From: Candidatus Saccharimonadota bacterium
GTDB taxonomy: Bacteria; Patescibacteriota; Gracilibacteria; UBA1369; 2-02-FULL-48-14
Reading direction: 5' to 3'
Assembly: GCA_965230905.1 (NCBI GenBank)
Contig: OZ246396.1
Coordinates: forward strand, 840,001-872,000
Length of the DNA stretch: 32,000 nucleotides
The position numbers were made by a program, and so were the translations under genes. Of this stretch, positions 29,337 to 32,000 are shown piece after piece; position 1 is the first letter of the stretch, and each line of letters opens with the position of its first letter. The notes under the pieces were generated by a model. That model searched no databases. It saw nothing but the letters and a program-made list of their open reading frames with translations, and was not told the origin of the DNA.

Positions 29337-30773
29337 TTATTGATGATACAAAAATCCTGCTATTAAAAATAAAACTGCGGCGATGCCTGCTGAAGCGAAG
29401 TTATATGGGTTAGCATATTTTAGATACTTCATGTGATCGGCGCCGGTAACACCAGATGCCATATTGGTCATTCCAGCTACTGGTGAAGTGGTGTCTCCAA
29501 ACGTTCCGCCAGTAATAACTGCTGCTACACAAATTGGAATTGAGACGCCACTGGATACAGCAATGAAAATTGCAAAAGGCATAATTAGTGAAGCTGTGGC
29601 CCAACCCTCCCCAATAAAATAAGTCACAAGAGAAGATATGAGAAAAAGTGATACAGGGATGCTCCATATGGGCAGCTGATTTCCCAAAAGCTGTTGGATG
29701 AAATCACTCAAACCTAATTCCTGCGAAACGTCACCCAAAGCCCATGCGATCACGAGAATAATCAATATTCTCATTAGTTCGTTTCCTCCCGAGATCATGT
29801 CTTCGGTCATTTTCTTTAAAGGGTACTTTTGGAAGGCATAAAGCAAGCCCGTAATAAATATTGAAATAGATAGTGCAACCAACATTGCCATATTAGGGTC
29901 GGTGGCGGAAATAATGGATGCAATAGTTTCATTTACTCCATTCTCACCCCTGCCAAAGTACCAGAAGAAAAAGAAACAAAGGGAAACAACCGTTAACATG
30001 GGTACTATTAGGTTGATTATGCGTGGTTTTATTTGTGGCTTTTCATCACCCATAGACATACTCATTTCGTCAGCAGTCTCTTTGTGATAATGCTCACCCT
30101 GTTTTCCTAAAGGCTGTTTTCTCCATTGAAAAAATATGGTGCTGAAAGTGATGAGAAGAACCACAATACTATAAAATTCAAAAGGAATAGCGCGAAGTAA
30201 AACGCTATAAGCCGATTGCTCTTCAAGTACTCCTGCAGATTCCAATCCCTGACTGATATTGGCTATATTGAACCCTACGAAAGTCGTAGCTATTGGAATG
30301 ACTTCAAGAACCGGACTGGCTGTATTATTGATCATGAATGCAAGCCGTTCCTTCGCTATTTTATGTTTTTCTGCGAGTGAACGCATGATGGACCCCGCAC
30401 CAACAATTCTGAAGTCACAATCAATGAACGTAACGGGTATCAATGCCCACAAGGTGTAAAAGACTCCACGGTCGCTTTTGATGTATTTACCGAGCCAACT
30501 TGAAAAGGCCTTGATGCCGCCTGCATTTTTTATAAGTGTGATCAAGCCGTTGAACAAATACAGAAAAAGTAAGACCTGTAAGTTACTTGTGTCCGACAAT
30601 ATCTTTAATATATTTTCTATGGCGACTTCCAGTCCGCCTATAATTGATGGGTCCAATAAATAGGAACCCACCAATAAACCCAAGAGGAGCGACGGTAAAA
30701 TCTTTTTTGACCAAATTGCAAAAGCAATGGTGATCACTGGGGGCAGAACTGAAAGCCAAGTTAGAGTTTCCAT
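29337..30773 (-). CDS. Na+/H+ antiporter NhaC family protein
   Basis: 478 aa and polytopic. The N-terminus WLSVLPPVITIAFAIWSKKILPSLLLGLLVG and the overall layout are typical of NhaC-family transporters. Confidence 0.75.
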   Translation of the reverse strand: METLTWLSVLPPVITIAFAIWSKKILPSLLLGLLVGSYLLDPSIIGGLEVAIENILKILSDTSNLQVLLFLYLFNGLITLIKNAGGIKAFSSWLGKYIKSDRGVFYTLWALIPVTFIDCDFRIVGAGSIMRSLAEKHKIAKERLAFMINNTASPVLEVIPIATTFVGFNIANISQGLESAGVLEEQSAYSVLLRAIPFEFYSIVVLLITFSTIFFQWRKQPLGKQGEHYHKETADEMSMSMGDEKPQIKPRIINLIVPMLTVVSLCFFFFWYFGRGENGVNETIASIISATDPNMAMLVALSISIFITGLLYAFQKYPLKKMTEDMISGGNELMRILIILVIAWALGDVSQELGLSDFIQQLLGNQLPIWSIPVSLFLISSLVTYFIGEGWATASLIMPFAIFIAVSSGVSIPICVAAVITGGTFGDTTSPVAGMTNMASGVTGADHMKYLKYANPYNFASAGIAAVLFLIAGFLYHQ

Positions 30774-30820
30774 AGAAATTTAAATTAAAGGATCTTTTCT
30801 TTCGAGTATCATGTGATTTC

Positions 30821-31345
30821 CTACGCAGATGGGGTAATTGGTTTTTCACTTTTTTGAAGTCGACTCACCAGTTCTATTAAACGTCCTGGATAGGGTACAT
30901 ATTTGAACTCAAGTGTTTGATAACTGGTAGGTAAATTCATTTCTACTTCTCCGTAGTGTAAAAGATTCTTAATCAGTCCTCGTTGGTGTTTTTCAATTTC
31001 ATTGATCTCTTGGATATTGATATAGCTCATGTCGTGGCGCACATAAGGGAAGAAGCGGAAGTCGATGATTCTCCTTTTTGTGACTGCTAAACCTGAAAGC
31101 TGTAAGGACAGTAGATAGAGAAAGAGCAAATGATGCGCAATCAAAATGGTGCCGTAAGCTATAAAAGTAACCACCATAGCTGCTGGATGAGCCAGCTCAT
31201 GTAGGTTGGTACCCAGCCAGAACAAGAAAGCTCCTAATGAAAGCCCAACTAAGTAAAGAGAAAGCGGCAAAAGGAAAACCATCCAATGTTCGTGCAGGAG
31301 CATAAGTAAAGGTTCCTTGTTTTGGTCTTGTTCATGGCTGTTCAT
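30821..31345 (-). CDS. Membrane protein with a C-terminal bacterial PH (bPH_2/YdbS-like) region
   Basis: Three TM segments are followed by VTKRRIIDFRFF..MSYINIQEINEIEKHQRGLIKNLLHYGEVEM. Confidence 0.5.
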   Translation of the reverse strand: MNSHEQDQNKEPLLMLLHEHWMVFLLPLSLYLVGLSLGAFLFWLGTNLHELAHPAAMVVTFIAYGTILIAHHLLFLYLLSLQLSGLAVTKRRIIDFRFFPYVRHDMSYINIQEINEIEKHQRGLIKNLLHYGEVEMNLPTSYQTLEFKYVPYPGRLIELVSRLQKSEKPITPSA

Positions 31346-31348
31346 AAA

Positions 31349-31579
31349 TTAGATGGAAAACAAGTACAGAGTAAATCCTAAGGTTAGTACTAGAAGCGCA
31401 ACGGCGTAGAATTTTAATAAAAAATTAAGAGCAGGTGTCTCAATTTGTTTTTTGTTTTCGTAGCCTAGTATTTTCATCTGTGTGTTTGTATATCCAAAAA
31501 TATCTTTCTGAATAAGAACGTACCAAAGAACCGTAAAAAGGTGTGAGATTCCTAAAATGATCCATAATATCAGATTCAT
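31349..31579 (-). CDS. Small membrane protein (76 aa, 2 TM)
   Basis: ORF with two hydrophobic segments, closely spaced with its neighbours. Confidence 0.45.
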   Translation of the reverse strand: MNLILWIILGISHLFTVLWYVLIQKDIFGYTNTQMKILGYENKKQIETPALNFLLKFYAVALLVLTLGFTLYLFSI

Positions 31580-31585
31580 GAGAAA

Positions 31586-32000
31586 TTAATTGTTTAAATC
31601 CCATTTAAAATTGCGCTCTTTAACACCGCCAATGTCTTTCAAAATAAGCTCAATAGCTCCTGGCTTGTTTCCCGTTTTTTCAAAACTTAAAATGCCTTCC
31701 TGATGATGAGATTGCTCGCTCGACATTTCCCAAGAAAAAGCTGAAAGGGTTTGCCTATTGTCGAGGAGCAGCTCTGCGTCACCCTTTAGATCTTCCGGTA
31801 GTTCACCAGAATGGGTGTTCAGCTCAATCTCAAAGCTCCAATTGTCGGATTCCAATGAAGTGATTGGATTAACAGTTACTGTGACCCCTCCTTCATCACT
31901 CGTCAGGGTGTTAGTATCTTGTAACTCTTTATTTTTGATCGTTATCCAATAAACAAGCAAGACCACACCAATGGAAATAGCAATGAGTCCTAAGCTTAGA
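31586..32000 (-). CDS. Membrane-anchored hypothetical protein, 5' end outside the window
   Basis: The frame stays open upstream of the track start (GTG 31966) and reads ..LSLGLIAISIGVVLLVYW, a TM helix, so the true start lies beyond 32000. Confidence 0.5.
   Translation of the reverse strand, partial: LSLGLIAISIGVVLLVYWITIKNKELQDTNTLTSDEGGVTVTVNPITSLESDNWSFEIELNTHSGELPEDLKGDAELLLDNRQTLSAFSWEMSSEQSHHQEGILSFEKTGNKPGAIELILKDIGGVKERNFKWDLNN

Noticed and set aside
1-32000. CRISPR arrays, rRNA genes, IS transposases and alternative genetic codes
   Set aside because: No regularly spaced short repeats are present, and I saw no rRNA-like conserved stretches or DDE/HUH transposase motifs in any listed ORF. 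Family-matching ORFs are uninterrupted under the standard code, and TGA acts as a stop at the ATGA overlaps, so recoding is not needed.

Overview
Bacterial chromosomal window read with the standard genetic code. I cannot name the organism from the sequence. Three short blocks look like core genome. They are 328-2622 (VOC, SRPBCC and DUF4256-type small genes), 14800-18530 (tRNA-Asn, an RNA methyltransferase, ssb, gmk, tRNA-Gln) and possibly 29337-32000 (NhaC antiporter and membrane proteins). Two visibly more AT-rich accessory islands sit between them, and each begins at the 3' end of a tRNA gene. Island 1 (2704-14799, downstream of tRNA-Asn) is the most unusual part. Seven degenerate copies of the tRNA-Asn 3' end, all in the tRNA orientation, split it into small units with no recombinase. 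These units carry toxin-antitoxin and toxin-like cargo: a three-gene HicA/HicB operon, a Fic protein with a small antitoxin, a frameshifted zeta toxin and a RelE/ParE remnant. They also carry several unknown proteins, a very acidic SLH surface protein and a peptidase-E-like gene. A portable promoter block and decayed duplicate modules recur at the junctions. Island 2 (18531-29308, downstream of tRNA-Gln) is a prophage remnant or satellite-like element. It encodes a large serine recombinase, small and large terminase subunits, two tandem beta-class DNA methyltransferases (one fused to ParB) and an XRE regulator, but no virion structural genes. It also holds a tightly linked pair of unknown proteins that each carry an Rx4H HEPN-type motif, which I consider a candidate uncharacterised abortive-infection or toxin system. 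No CRISPR array, rRNA gene or transposase was seen. All functional calls rest on motifs I recognised by eye. No database search was run.
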